A DNA stretch of 64,000 bases, taken from Utricularia gibba (taxonomy: Eukaryota > Plantae > Magnoliophyta). Numbering within the stretch: position 1 is the first letter of the stretch; each line of letters opens with the position of its first letter. Positions 13,011-26,349 of the stretch are shown one piece after another. The notes below the pieces were generated by a model. It saw only the letters and a program-made list of their open reading frames with translations. It searched no databases and was not told the DNA's origin. The position numbers and the translations under genes are program-made. The stretch covers positions 4,712,001-4,776,000 of the forward strand of contig CM007989.1 in the NCBI GenBank assembly GCA_002189035.1. Reading direction: 5' to 3'.

Positions 13011-14090
13011 AAAAACACGAGGCTCGAAAGGAGATCTGATCATCATCATCACAGGGGCAAGTAATCGGAATTGGGTCTCAAGAACTCATAGGGTCATTTC
13101 AGAAACTGGCACCGAAACGAATTCATGAAATCACAAGGATATGGAAGAAAAACCTTGATTGAGGTGAGGCATGCAGGCGGTAGCCCACAAGGAAATGCAC
13201 TGAAATTCCATCGTCTTTAATCTTCCAACTAGTTCTCGAAAATCCGAGAGCAGGTTGTAAGGAAATAAACCCACCATCATAAGTGGATATCTTGGCAGGG
13301 GGAAGTGGAGGGGTTTTTTAAAAAAATAACCATCATCTTTCTTACCCATTTGAAAACTAATCATTCATTTTTTCTTATTTGAAAATTAACAATATTTATT
13401 AATTATTAATTATATATATTCGTTTTTTAATTCAAAAAATACCAATCTATTTGTTTAAAAAAAAATTTCTAGTTACAGATATAAATAATAAAATGTAATT
13501 AATTTATTTATTATTTAGTAGAATCTAATAAATAATATTCATTTATTTATTAAATGAATAAGTGTATTTATGAATTTAATTAACAAAAATCTTGTGATAA
13601 AATTAATCTTAGGGATCTTCTTTTGATTTATAATTTTTGTAACAATTGTATTTAGAACACCAATTAATATTTAATTTAATACATGTATGTGATTTTGTGT
13701 ACCAATATTCAGTTTCATTGCAGCGTACAAAATTCTATATTATCATGTATTAGAGTTTAAACCCTAATATTAAATAATTACTCGATTTAAAATATTTCAA
13801 ACAATTAAATGCTTCATAATATAAGTTTAAACTAAAAAAATATATATACAATTCAAATAATATATAAGGATATATTGATAATACAAATTTAAACTAAAAA
13901 AATATGCACTCAATCTAAACAATACCTAAAGATCAATTGATAAAATATATTTAAAATAAAAAAACATGCAATCTATCCAAATAAAATGCCCAAACCCTAG
14001 TCAGATCCTAACTTCGATCGCTGTATGCATCTAGAGGTTGAGTTATCACACAACCAATCTTGACAACTTAGAAACATAAAGGTAAGTAAG

Positions 14091-15485
14091 TGATAACACA
14101 CGAATTTTCCTATTATTAGAATAAGAAAATTATACTTTTGAATCATGTTTTAAGTGTTTATCTTATAGTTTTAAGTATTTCACCAAATTTTAGGACATAA
14201 TGCGATTTTATGTGTTAATGGGCTAAATCCTTTGATTTAGCCTATCGCATGTTATTAATATTTTTCTAATCCAACAGCAAATTTCTAAAATTAGGGAGGA
14301 TACATGAATTTTGTGCATGTGGAGATTTGGAAGAAGGGGCACAAGACACAAGGAGGAGACATGATTAATATTCAGCCGCCTACAGTCTGCAAGTTCAGGC
14401 CAGGAACAGTACGAATGTCAGAAACAATGGACTGATTTTGAAAAATGAAAAAAAGATGTGAAGATATTTTTGGAGAGAAGAGAAGAATAGAGGAGAGAGA
14501 CCCAAGGAGGGGGCTTCTCCCCCAACACGACGAATACTGAACCAGGAGAGGAGAGGAAGATCTTCATCCTCAAGAACAGCATAAGAGCCCAGTCCAGCGC
14601 TACTGTTCCGGCTAGGGAACAGTAGCAGACGGAAATCAAAACTCTTATTGCTTTATTTTCGTTTGTTGATGTTTTTAATTTCTACAACCAACTCTTTCAC
14701 GATATTCTTGACATTTCCGTTGCTTTATGTTAATGTTATCATGTTTTACCTTCAAAGCATGAGTAGCTAAACCCTAGGAGTGACTTGAGGTGAAACATGG
14801 TGGTGGGAGTCTAGGAATCTTAATAAAATTTACCATTCTTCCTTAGTTCTTGTTTCTATCAAAACATGGGTAGACCTAAGGAGGGGAACCAGTAGCTTCA
14901 TAACTTAGATGCTTGATTTACAGGTAGACAAATAAATCAAGACGTGAGCAATAGGTGTTAGTCCGGGGTGGAACCAGTAGAACCGGGTAGACCTAGTTCT
15001 ATATGCTTTGCATGCGGGTAGACCTAATTGCAATGTTGATGATGATATGGAGGACTAGCTTAGCCGAAAACATGGTGAATGACCTGGGTAGACTTAGGTT
15101 ATTTGAAGTTGTGAATGTCGAAACATGGTAGATTAAATCAGGGATTTTGACACTACACTACCTGCAGACCCTTAAGGCACCTTAGTATTATTCTGAGTTA
15201 GAACCAATACCTGTTATCTTAGCGTTAAGACCTAATATTGTTTACTTATCTTGTTTACCGAACTTGTTTACCACTGTTGGTCCGAGCTTAGATTAAGACT
15301 TCCTGTTATCTCGAATTATGCATTTACTAAAACACTTAACAAGCACAAGCTCTTCGTGATCGACCCCGACATCCACCATACAAGTTTTCCAAATTTGTAT
15401 TTTGTGTAGATTAGTGATTATAAATTTATTTGATACGAATTTTCTATTTTTATTGCAATGATATTAGGAAAATTTCCATTTATCA
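14091..15485 (+). mobile_element. Athila-like solo LTR, copy B
   Basis: TGATAAC...TTTATCA termini; flanks GTAAG / TTAAG (5-bp TSD, one mismatch); colinear with A, C and D; no PBS or internal domain adjacent. Confidence 0.85.
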
Positions 15486-16163
15486 TTAAGTTTCTACAAC
15501 AAAGTAGTAATCACATATCATGGGCATGTCCGAAAATCCACAAAATGTTTGTGCAAACTATTAACATCAAGCATTGCCCTAAAATAGGTTAGCCACATCC
15601 CAAAATAATCAACCGCTAACCTGTACATCCAGCATGCACTCGCGCACTCTTGATGCCTAGCGTCCCTCACCACCATATGGTAACTCAGTGTTGCGTGCCA
15701 ACATGAAATTTAATAGAACAATACTTGTTCAATGATTGTTTCTAGGTTAATTGAATGTGCATTATTTTCTAAACTATATGGTTATGGGTTCAAATTATAT
15801 TTTTTTTGAAAAAATAAATTAACTAAACAATACAATCAAAAAATTATATTCATTGTTTTTTAATACTTGTTTTTTAATATTAAAGTTATACAAAAACCCT
15901 TAATTCAAAAAATTATGCATTGTTTTTTAATATTTATTTAGTATGATTTTAATTAAATTTGAAATTATGTATCTATACATATTTATATTTATATTTATAT
16001 GAATATAATTGTATGATTTTCTTTCATATTAAGTAATTTTTTTAATTTATAAGACCTTTTTTTAAATATTAAACAAAAGTTTTGAATCTTTATGGTTATT
16101 TAAAAGAACTTGAAAGATATCATACGTCATATTTCATTGCATCACAAATAGATTCTCAATCAT

Positions 16164-19100
16164 TTGTATCAAAATTCTTGTATGGAGGAAACAATATTGA
16201 TTACCCAAATGAGTATCCGTGCTTATGATAAGCCATCGATATGCATACTCTCACTTGATCGTGATATTTCATTATCCTCATTACAACAAACAGTTTTTTC
16301 AGTATATGGTATTAATAGTTTGAATTATGATGTTAATTTGGCTATTGAATTATACGATTCTTCTTCATGTTGTACTCGTGTTATGGGAATCTCTTCGAAA
16401 TATGATTTGTTGTATGTTTTTAATCCAACTCATGCTCCCATGGGCTATGATATTTTTGTGGAGATGGTGTCAAAGATTACACCATATTAGGATATTGAAT
16501 TTGGCCATAATATTCTAACAAATGAAGATCAAGATACTTGTCGTAATAACCATTTAATTATTTGTAATTGATTTATGTGTTATTTGTCTTCTAACTTAGA
16601 TTATTGGATATTACTGGTATTTCTCATGAGCCTAATAAAGAAATTGATGATCAACAAGAGGATATAATGATCATTTATTTGATAATTTAGTTGACTATGA
16701 TAATGATTATGATGAACAAGGACTAGAACCAAATAATGAAAATGATGAAGATCAAGAATAAGAAGAAGGTATGAGGGATGATACAGAGGAAACTTATCAA
16801 AAAAATTATGATCAATGGGCACCTCCAAACTTTATTGAAAATTTAATAAGAAGGAATGAAGAAAATTCAGATAACATTGCCGATCCTATTCATTCTTTTC
16901 CATCTCCATTTACTAAATATCAGTGTTTCGAATCAAAAGATGCATTTCAACAAGAAGTGATTGATTATTCACTCAAGATTGTAAGACAATTTGTTATCTA
17001 TCGTGTGCAAGATGGAAAACATGCTGAATTTCATTGCAGCAAAAGATTTGATCAAGATTGCAAATGGGGAATTCATAGTGCATATTACAAGAAATATGCA
17101 ATATGGAAGATTTCAAGAATAGATGAACCGTATACATGTATGCCTCTTGGTCTCAAGTCTTTTTCTCATAGAAATATTACACGTAAATATATTTCAGAAT
17201 TATCAAGGTATTTTCTGGAGGTAGATATTTCTACTAAAGTGAAAACTATTCAAATACTAGTGAAAGAGAAAACAAAATTCAATATATCTTATTATTGAGC
17301 CTTGTACAAAATGTACAAGACATATGAATTAGTATATGGAACATGAGAAACTGCTATTCTACTTCTTCCACAATTTTTGTTTGATAATACTAGTACAATA
17401 GTGTAATACTTGCATAAAAAGCTTAATATCTATGAGACAAAGACATTGAAGTATATTTTTTGAGCTTTTGGACTATACATTCAAGCTTATTCTTGATGCC
17501 GTCCTGTAATAACTGTTGATGGTACACATCTTTATTCAAACTATAGTTACAAGTTATTAATTGCAGTAACGATAGACTCTTCTGGTCATCTTTTACCTCT
17601 TGTGCTTGCAATAGATGATAGTGAAAATGATGAATTATGATTTTGGTTTATGCAATTATTGGACAGACATATAGTGAAGCAGAAAGAAATTTATATTATA
17701 TCTGATAGATATTAATCAATAAAAAAGATGAGCTCACAAGTATTAGACTTCATGAAAAAATATGGCAGTTCACATCAACATTGTATACGCCATCTTTGTT
17801 TCAATTTCTTAAGCAAGTATAGGGCACTAGGATTGAGAGATCTTTTTATGAAAGCAGTTTATGCAACTTATGAAGCTAAATGGAACAAAAATACATGAAA
17901 GATATTTTGGATAAAGATGTAGAAGCATTTCGATACCTTCAAATGTTGTCACCTGATTCATGGACACTATCTCATGATGAAGGTGCAAGGTATGTTCATT
18001 TATATTCTTTTTAATTAAATCTGATACAACTTATGAAAATTATCTTAATTTTAAAGTTGTGGAACATTAATGACAAATCATGTTGAAGGCATGAATGATG
18101 TGTTAAAAGGAGCAAGGCATCTTCCAACATGTATTCCAATACATGTATTTCAATAAATATATCATTTATTTTAGTTAATATCCTTAATTCATCTCTAACT
18201 TGAAGTCAACCTACAAATATTATTGAATAAGTTACATTTGCACGATGTCAACATTACCTTTCAGAACGTCAAGAAAAAATTCTGAAGCAACGTGAATAGC
18301 ACATCAAGTTATCAGACCAACTTGATGAATTATATGCTCAATGGAACAAACATATTCCACATGCACGAATTGAGATTATTAATCATGTTCAATTGAAAGC
18401 ACAGGTTACAACAAGAAAGAAAAACGGAAAAGATAAAAAACATATTGTCATTGTTGGCCAAGGTATTTGTGGGTGTAGGAAGTGGCAAAACTTTAGAGTC
18501 TCTTGTTCACATGCACAACAATTTAGCTTTTAACCATAATTTTATTTCCATGATTAGACATATTAATAATATATGTTCATTTTTATCTAGCATGTCGGCT
18601 TCTAGATATTGATTCAAGAGATATCATCAATCCTATCTTGTGTTTAGATCATCAAATCTCAACATATCAATCTCAATTCAACTATTGTGATCAGAGGAAA
18701 ATTGATTTCAACCACCTTTTCATTTAATTCATGATTCTGATTGTAAAAAGGTGGTACATCCGGGTCGTCAAAAAATAATAAGGCATACAATACTAATGGA
18801 TTATCAATCACGAGAAAAATCAAGAAATAGAGGGCAAAATAATTCTCCCTTTCATGAGCCACAAGATCATTATGAAGAATATTCTATGAATCAACATGAC
18901 TTTTCATTTAGGACGCTATATCAAGCAAGATACGAGAATTATGAGGAGAATTTTATGGGTCGGCGTGATGCATCACTTAGCCATTTGTTTAACAACACAA
19001 ATCCATCAGAGAGATATCGGTCGTCATGTCATTTTCCAGCTATACCCATTTAAGAGAGCTCTGAGATACGTCTTTGATCATCTATGCAAAATCCACCAGG

Positions 19101-19200
19101 AGCATAGAGATACAATAATCTCTACATTAACACATGTCCAATCCCACCTCCAAAAGTTAAGAAATCAAGGTTTGAAAAGATAAAAAGTATCTTCACTAGA
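16164..19200 (+). mobile_element. Mutator-like (MULE/MuDR) transposase, degenerate
   Basis: MuDR N-terminal domain (FESKDAFQQEVIDYS..CKWGIHS..WKISRI..YTC, 16771-17298), MULE core (ITVDGTHLYSNYSYKLLIAVTIDSSGHLLPL..IISDR, ~17500-17710) and SWIM finger (CGCRKWQNFRVSCSHA, ~18465-18515); stops and frameshifts. Confidence 0.85.
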
Positions 19201-19587
19201 AAGAAAAAATAATTTTAGTTATTTAAAATATATGTTTCAATTTCTATAGTGAATAATGAATAAAGGAAATGTAATGATGTTTTTTCAAGTATTGAAATAT
19301 TGTAATTGATGATTTTATTTCAAATAACTTATAAGATTTTTTGTTTTCTCCTAATGCCATTCGGAAAACAATATTATTTCCAACATAAGAATTTTTTATA
19401 AATGATTAAAAATCTATTTGTGTTGCAACAAAAATAAATAACGTGTGATATCATATTAGTTTTTCTTTTAAATAATCAAAAAAATTCAAAAATTTTATTT
19501 AGAATTTAAGAAAAAAATGATTCCTTACACACAAAAAAATTACTTAATATGGAACAAAAGAATTAAATTAGATTCACAAAAATATGA

Positions 19588-19607
19588 ATATATATATATA
19601 TATATAT
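19588..19607. repeat. (AT)10 microsatellite
   Basis: Direct reading. Confidence 0.9.
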
Positions 19608-20344
19608 GTATAATACATAATATCAATTTTAACCAAAAATCATTTTAAAAAATATTAAAAAGAAAATATACATTTAAAACACTGTCTGAATTTTTTTATT
19701 ACTTAATTCCTTATAATAATTATATTTTAATTCTGAAAAACACTAGTTATTGTAAAGAAAATCTTCTATATGTTATAATAAAATTTCTTTGTTAAAACTA
19801 AATTGTTAAGAATATTTTTTTTTAATTTGTGCTTATATTATAATAAAATAATGTTATTAGCACAATTTCTACTAAGATAAATAAGACATGATTTTTTTCA
19901 ATTTTCTAGGTGTTTACCTCTATTCGTTTCGATTTATTATTCAAAATCTTTCAAAATTCTATTATAAAAGCAGTCTCCTTATTACAATTTTTACCATTGT
20001 AGTCGAGAGATAAAACCTTTGGTTTACTAATTGATGTTAACTCATATTCCATTTCTTCACAGGGTAATATGTACTATTTCGTTTATTTATTTTATTTATT
20101 CATTTATTATATTCAATTTTAGAAAATGGAATTTTTTATTTATAAATTTAATTTATTCATATTTTTCGAAAATAAAATGTTTTTATAATTTAGTTGATAT
20201 CTAATATTCTTTTATAGATATTTGTTATTTTTTTATTAATATTGCAAAAAAATTCATTTATTTTTTTGAGATTTGATTAAATTTTTTTTACAAGTTTGTA
20301 GTTTATTTCTTAATGTTTTATATATTGATTTCTATTTATTTTTT

Positions 20345-20660
20345 AGATGAACTTACGGATAAGATTTGCATATGTTATTGTGTTCCGAAAGACTATGTTT
20401 TGTAGATAAAATGGTGAAGAAATCACGGACTTTACTCCCAAAAGCATCAAAAATGGTGGATATTCTGTTAGTACCGAATATTTTCAGTGTGGTGTACGAT
20501 TTCCAATTCATTCTTTCGTGGTCAAAGTACTACGAAAATTGAAGATTCATTTAGCATATGTGATACCACTATCAATTTTAAACATATTAGCCTTTACCTA
20601 TATTTCTGAGTCAGATGGATTTCCATATTCACTAAGTGCATTCTTTAATCTAATAATTTG
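20345..20660 (+). mobile_element. Fragment resembling the 'putative gypsy-type transposase' domain
   Basis: EYFQCGVRFPIHSFVVKVLRKLKIHLAYVIPLSILNILAF matches the remembered f.cGlRfP.h.f...vL....i..ql.Pns pattern. Confidence 0.45.
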
Positions 20661-21111
20661 CAAGTGAGTTAGAAATTCGAATTAATTTTCTATCATGTGC
20701 AAGCGAGATTTTTCTATTATCATGGAAGGATTATAAGTATCTTATGGTGTATGGTGTACGAGTTTCATATGGGTGATACCACCAATGAATACACAAATTC
20801 GAATTCCTAGAGGAATAATTAGAGACCTCATTTTGATTGGAATTGTTGAAGATATGTTTTAATTATTGTAATGTTATGTTTAATCGATTTTAGTATTTTT
20901 TTAATTTTCAGTTAATTTTTTATATTTTGATTGATTTATATTAGTTAAGTTTACCATGCTTATTGTTATGAAGGTATCGATGAATTAGATGGTCAAGAGT
21001 TTCCTTGATTATTTTAATTCATGGTAGACAATTGAAATGGTAATAAGTTAAGCCACCATTTATGGATAATTGAAATACTAGACGTATTTGGTGTGGCACT
21101 AAAGGAGTGCA

Positions 21112-22439
21112 TGATGACATACGTTTTCTTTAAATTTTATAGTGCAAAATGGTTATGTTTTATTATGGTTTAGGTTATGTAAATGTGGTTTTTCATGTTT
21201 TATGTATTGTTTATGTTAATTTTGTATATTTATATTGAAAAGAGGACTAAATCCTTTGATCTAGTCCACTATCTTTGTTACTAATGTAATTAAGTTCAGT
21301 AGTAGGATTCATATCAAATCAAACTCACAAACGTGTGAGATAAGTAGAAAAGGGTACAACATCCGAAAAGAGATAAAGAGCACTGTTCTGCCACCTGCAG
21401 TCTGCAAATTCAGGCCGAGAACAGTGTTAGTGTTAGGAACAGTGTAGTGGAGTAAAGGAAGGGAGATAATTTTCAAAAAAAAGGGGAGAGGGAGCTGGAG
21501 TGAACAGCGCAGTGCGCACACAAGGGGGCTTCTTCTCCATCACGAAGAACACTGACAAGAAGAGGAGAAGGGCTTCATTCCCAAGAACAACATCAGAATC
21601 TAATCCAGCACTACTAATATCTGACTTACTTACAATGTTTTTTTTTCGTTAATTGAACATTTTGACTTTCTATAATTGATTTACTTACAATATTTTTGTT
21701 ATTTTCGCCACATTGTCTAAATGAAATCATGTTTTATTTTCCAAGTATGAGTAGCTAAAACTTTAAGGATACCTTAAGGTAAAACATGGTGCTGTGGATC
21801 TAGAGTTAATAATGAAATTTATGTTTGTTTCTTAGTTTTTGTTTCTATCATTCTATGGGTAGACCTAAGGAGGGGAATAAGTAACTTCTCAACTAATATG
21901 TTTCATTGAGAGTTAGACCAACAAATCAAGGCGAAAACAGTAGGTATTAGTACAGGATAGAACTAGTAGAATTGAATAGATCTAGTTATGTATATTTTGC
22001 ATGCAGGTACACCTAATTGCAATGTTGGTGATGATATTTGGGACTAGCTTAGCCAAAAATATGATGAATAACATGATGAATGACTTGAGTAGAATTAGAT
22101 TGTTTGAAGTTGTAAGTATAGTAATATGATAAATTAAATTAGACATCTTATCACCATGCTACCTGAGACCCTTAACGCATCTTAGCATTAGTCTGTGTTA
22201 AAATTAGTATCTGTCATTTTCAGCGTTGAGACTTGATCCTATTTATAGATTAACAACTATTGTTATTCGAAAATCTGCATCTGCTGAAACACTTAGTAAG
22301 CACAAACTTCTTGTGATAAACCCTGAATTTCACTTTACATTTTATGCTTAATTTGTATTTTGTGAAGATTAGAGATTATAAATTTATTTGATATGAAATT
22401 TCTATTTTTACGACAATATTAGGAAATTTCCGTTTATCA
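21112..22439 (+). mobile_element. Athila-like solo LTR, copy C
   Basis: TGATGAC...TTTATCA termini; perfect 5-bp TSD GTGCA (21107-21111 and 22440-22444). Confidence 0.9.
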
Positions 22440-22774
22440 GTGCATCTCGACGACACCAATCTCCAGAAATTCCAAATGTCAAAAATGTGCCACAAGACAT
22501 TCTAGAGCCTTAGAATACTTTATCTTCATCACATGTTGATGCCTTACTCGAAATGGTGTGTTACATATTTTTAAATGATTTATATAAATTAAATATTTTC
22601 TTCTCATATTTATTATTTTATTTGTAGATACAAAGGTGATAATTGAAGTTATTGTAGCCACAATAAGAGATAGAGAGATTGACTAGTACTCTTTGTAATT
22701 ACGAAAAAAGAGGTAGAAGCTTGATTGTGCAACCTATCTATTTTTCCATGACGTGTCAGAAGTAACTCATTTTA

Positions 22775-23610
22775 ATTATTAACGGGGTACTAGCCAATGT
22801 CGTATATCGTAAAAATAGACAAGACCCTATGACTCCAATTATAATGAAGGGACGAAGAGATTAGTATATTTACTTGTTTCATTTTTTAAAATTATATTTA
22901 AGATTAATCATTTTTGTTTTCAGTATATTTAAAACCATATTCTAGATCCTTTTCGGAGTGGTGTATGAAAAATTTTAACGTAGAAATATGGCCATCGAGA
23001 GGAATGTAAGTTGTTTTCAAATATTGTATTATGCATTGATTTATTTTGTGTTCAATTACTAATAATATTTTTGGTGATAAGGATATACTCAAGCCATTGG
23101 TAGAGCACATTTTTAGAGATAATATCAAGGAGAATTTGGTGTTTTTATGTGATCAAACAAATTGCATAATCACTTCCGAGAGGCGGATTGATAATGCATT
23201 TAATACGATGAAGTTGAAGGCTTTACAGTATATTTTGGAGAATAAAGTATTCAAAGTCAAATACAACTCTATCAAGATATTGATAGTAGATGACTCTCCG
23301 TATAAATTGATTTAAAACCCGGTTAATGACTTTAAATTATTTACTAAATTTCTTTATTCTTAATTTTTTTCTATAAATGTCTCTAAAGCAATTTTTATAG
23401 GTTAAAAATGTAATATTTCATATATCATGAAATTGCAATGAATATATAGACAATTTGTTTGTCCCCTACAATGTCTTTGATTTGTTCTTTCACAGTAATC
23501 TATGCGGATGATATGGAAAGTTACACCAGCGAATTCCAGTTCGGTCAAAAGCCAATTGATGAGACTGATCTGCATTGGCAAATCTCTAAATACATTATTG
23601 AATATGATAT
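22775..23610 (+). pseudogene. FCP1-homology (NIF/HAD-superfamily) gene relic
   Basis: Ordered pieces: INGVLANVV, FSEWCMKNFNVEIWPS, LVFLCDQTNC, ILIVDDSPYK, ADDMESYTSEFQFGQKPIDETDLHW; broken by intron-like and AT-rich gaps. Confidence 0.6.
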
Positions 23611-24669
23611 GTATTGATTACTGTTATTTTTAAAAAAACTAAATATACATTTTGATCTTTTGAATACTATTATTCATATTACGTTATTTATACTTTTTGT
23701 TTTATCATGTTTCATAATCGAATTAATTTTCTTTCATTATTTTAATTTATTTATGATTATAAATTATTGTTACATCAAATTATCTATTTTTTACTCAAAT
23801 TTGAAGTTAAAAAATAATTTACTCATGTTTAATATTGATTTTGAAAAATAATTGAAATAATGTGTTGTTAAATAAAAATTGATAATATATTTTATTTATC
23901 ATATTTGAACTCGAAATATTTTAATTTTATAATAAATCAATTTTTTCTTAAATTGTTATGAAAATTATAAATTGTAAATAATAATAAGAATTGTGGGTAT
24001 TTGTAAATATGTTACATATTTTTAATCACTAATAATAATAATCATTTTTGTTATGGAGTAATAATTATAAATTAATTGAAAAGATTTAGTTTTTAAATAT
24101 GTTGTATACAATTTTTTAGATTTTATTTATTCATTTTACAAAAATACTCAAATTGCATTGTGAATAAAAACAATTTTTAAAATTTTTTTTATCTCGAATT
24201 TTTTTAAAAAAAATATTTAATTTTATATGTTTCATATATAATAGATATATTAAGTAGAAGATTATTAATAAAAGAAAATTGATTTTTTTTGTTAATGGAA
24301 ATTTGTTGTAACATAAATATCTTATTATATTAAAAAGCAATCTCTAAATCATATATATAATAAGATATTCTAAAAACTTAAAAGATAAGATAATTTACAA
24401 ATAAAACAATATAACATAACTAATTTGCAAATAAAATATGAAATCAAGGTATTTTACAAAATAAAAACTACTCAGAAGTGTAATTTTTCAATCCATCCAT
24501 TATTTCTTTTATTATGCTAAATGATAAATAAATATTTTTATTTTGTTATACAAAAAAAATTTATTCTTGAAGCACTTCAAATACTCTTTCTACATCTTTA
24601 CTTGTACTTTCTTAAGTAGTAGCAAATAACTTTGTTTTCGGATTTTGTGGAAGAGTGATAATTTTCATG

Positions 24670-25760
24670 AAAATAGGTCATTCAAGATAAATATTATCAA
24701 CTAAATAATATCCTATGTCATATTTATTCCCATTCACAAAGTATTCGACCGGAGAGGCAACAAGTGTCTCTTGAGAGTTGTCCTGGGATGTCCATCTAGA
24801 CTGATTTGCAGGTCCAACCTCAGTGTTTGATAAAGCATTATCAGGAATAGAACCTGAAGCAGTCATACCTGATAATGCATGGTTACATGCCTCACTGTAT
24901 AATTTCTTCTAGAAGTCATTTATTTTCAACATATCCATATCGATTAGTAACCTCAACTCATTTGCGGAGTTGACTAAAACCTGTGCATTGTTAACAAATA
25001 AATATATGTTGCTGAAATAGGTCATTTTTTCTTGTCAAATCCAATCTATATCCATCTAACTTGTCAGTCAAAAGTTCTGCTACATCTCTTTTCTCTTCAA
25101 AAATGCCTCTTGAAGGATTATCTCGAAGTAGATGTTTTTTAACACTCGTTTGACCAATGGGACGCTTGAGAGTTGGAGTCTCTGAATCCTCTCTTTCTTC
25201 TATGTTTGGAGCCATAGCCGATTGTTCTGATGAGGAATCTGATGTTGTGTTTACTTTTTTTTCTTCTTTCTTGTATTGTCTATATTCTGTATAGAGTATC
25301 AAACAATAAATTACTGGAATTAATGGTTAGATATAATACAAGAAAAAAACTTTACCGTTTTCCACTTTGGTTGATCACGCAATAACTTCCAAGCTTCCAA
25401 ATACACGAAATGTTTGCAAAGTACCTCCTTGTATTGCTTCAAAGCCATGTCAATGAAATCATTGTTATTGTGACCGCTAGGATGCCTACGTTCAATACTA
25501 TAATATATGCTGGAAAAATGCTGCACATCTGCATTTAACTTTTCCCATTTTTTTCTTAATGCTTCAGAATCTCGAAACTTTGCATTGCTGGTGTTGGTCT
25601 TTATTGCATCACAGTAGAAGAAAGCTATAACTTTTCAAAAAAATTCTATTTTTTGAGAGTTGCCAGAAATTGAATTAACAAAAGTGGTTAACCAAGTTGA
25701 ACCTAAAATGCTAATTTCTTCATCATTACATCTTGCCATCAAACTCATTGTGCCTACATG
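24670..25760 (-). mobile_element. PIF/Harbinger deletion derivative: Myb/NAM-associated ORF1 plus transposase fragment
   Basis: ORF1-like RRHPSGHNNNDFIDMALKQY..FVYLEAWKLLRDQPKW and KRPIGQ; downstream VEYFVNGNKYDIGYYLVDNIYLE (cf. plant Harbinger nuclease YxVNGxxYxxGYYLADGIYP). Confidence 0.75.
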
Positions 25761-26349
25761 AAAAAAATGCAAAATATATATAAACAATGTAAACACATAA
25801 ACAATGCCATCAAATATCCCAAACTAACACATAAATAAATCAACTTAATTTCATGTAAACAAATTCATATCAATAAACCAACATTCATAAAATTGGAGGA
25901 GATTTGACTTGAAAATAATGATAAATGAAAAAAATTAAAGAAAATGCATTATATGATTTCTAAAAAATAATTTTACATCATGTTTAGTTGTTCAAATAAT
26001 TCGAATAGTATAAAAAAATATAAATGATTTCTAAATAGTAATAGAATTACTTCATAAACACAAATTAAACAAATATAATCAATTTTATTAGATTTAAGGT
26101 TTTAAAAAAACAAATACATAACTTATGACCCCAAAATAAGTATTAATAAAAAAATTAACCATACTCATTTCTTCAAAGTATTTATGGGCAAAATTTTATG
26201 AAATTCAAAAACCTATTTGTTAACTTCGAAGAAATTTGACACACCTTCGAAAGGAAGACGGAAGGAAGATAGATAAAAGATAAATATACAATAGTTTTTA
26301 TCCGTAAAAATAAAATGTACAAATACTTATTTTTTCCAGAGATTTATTG

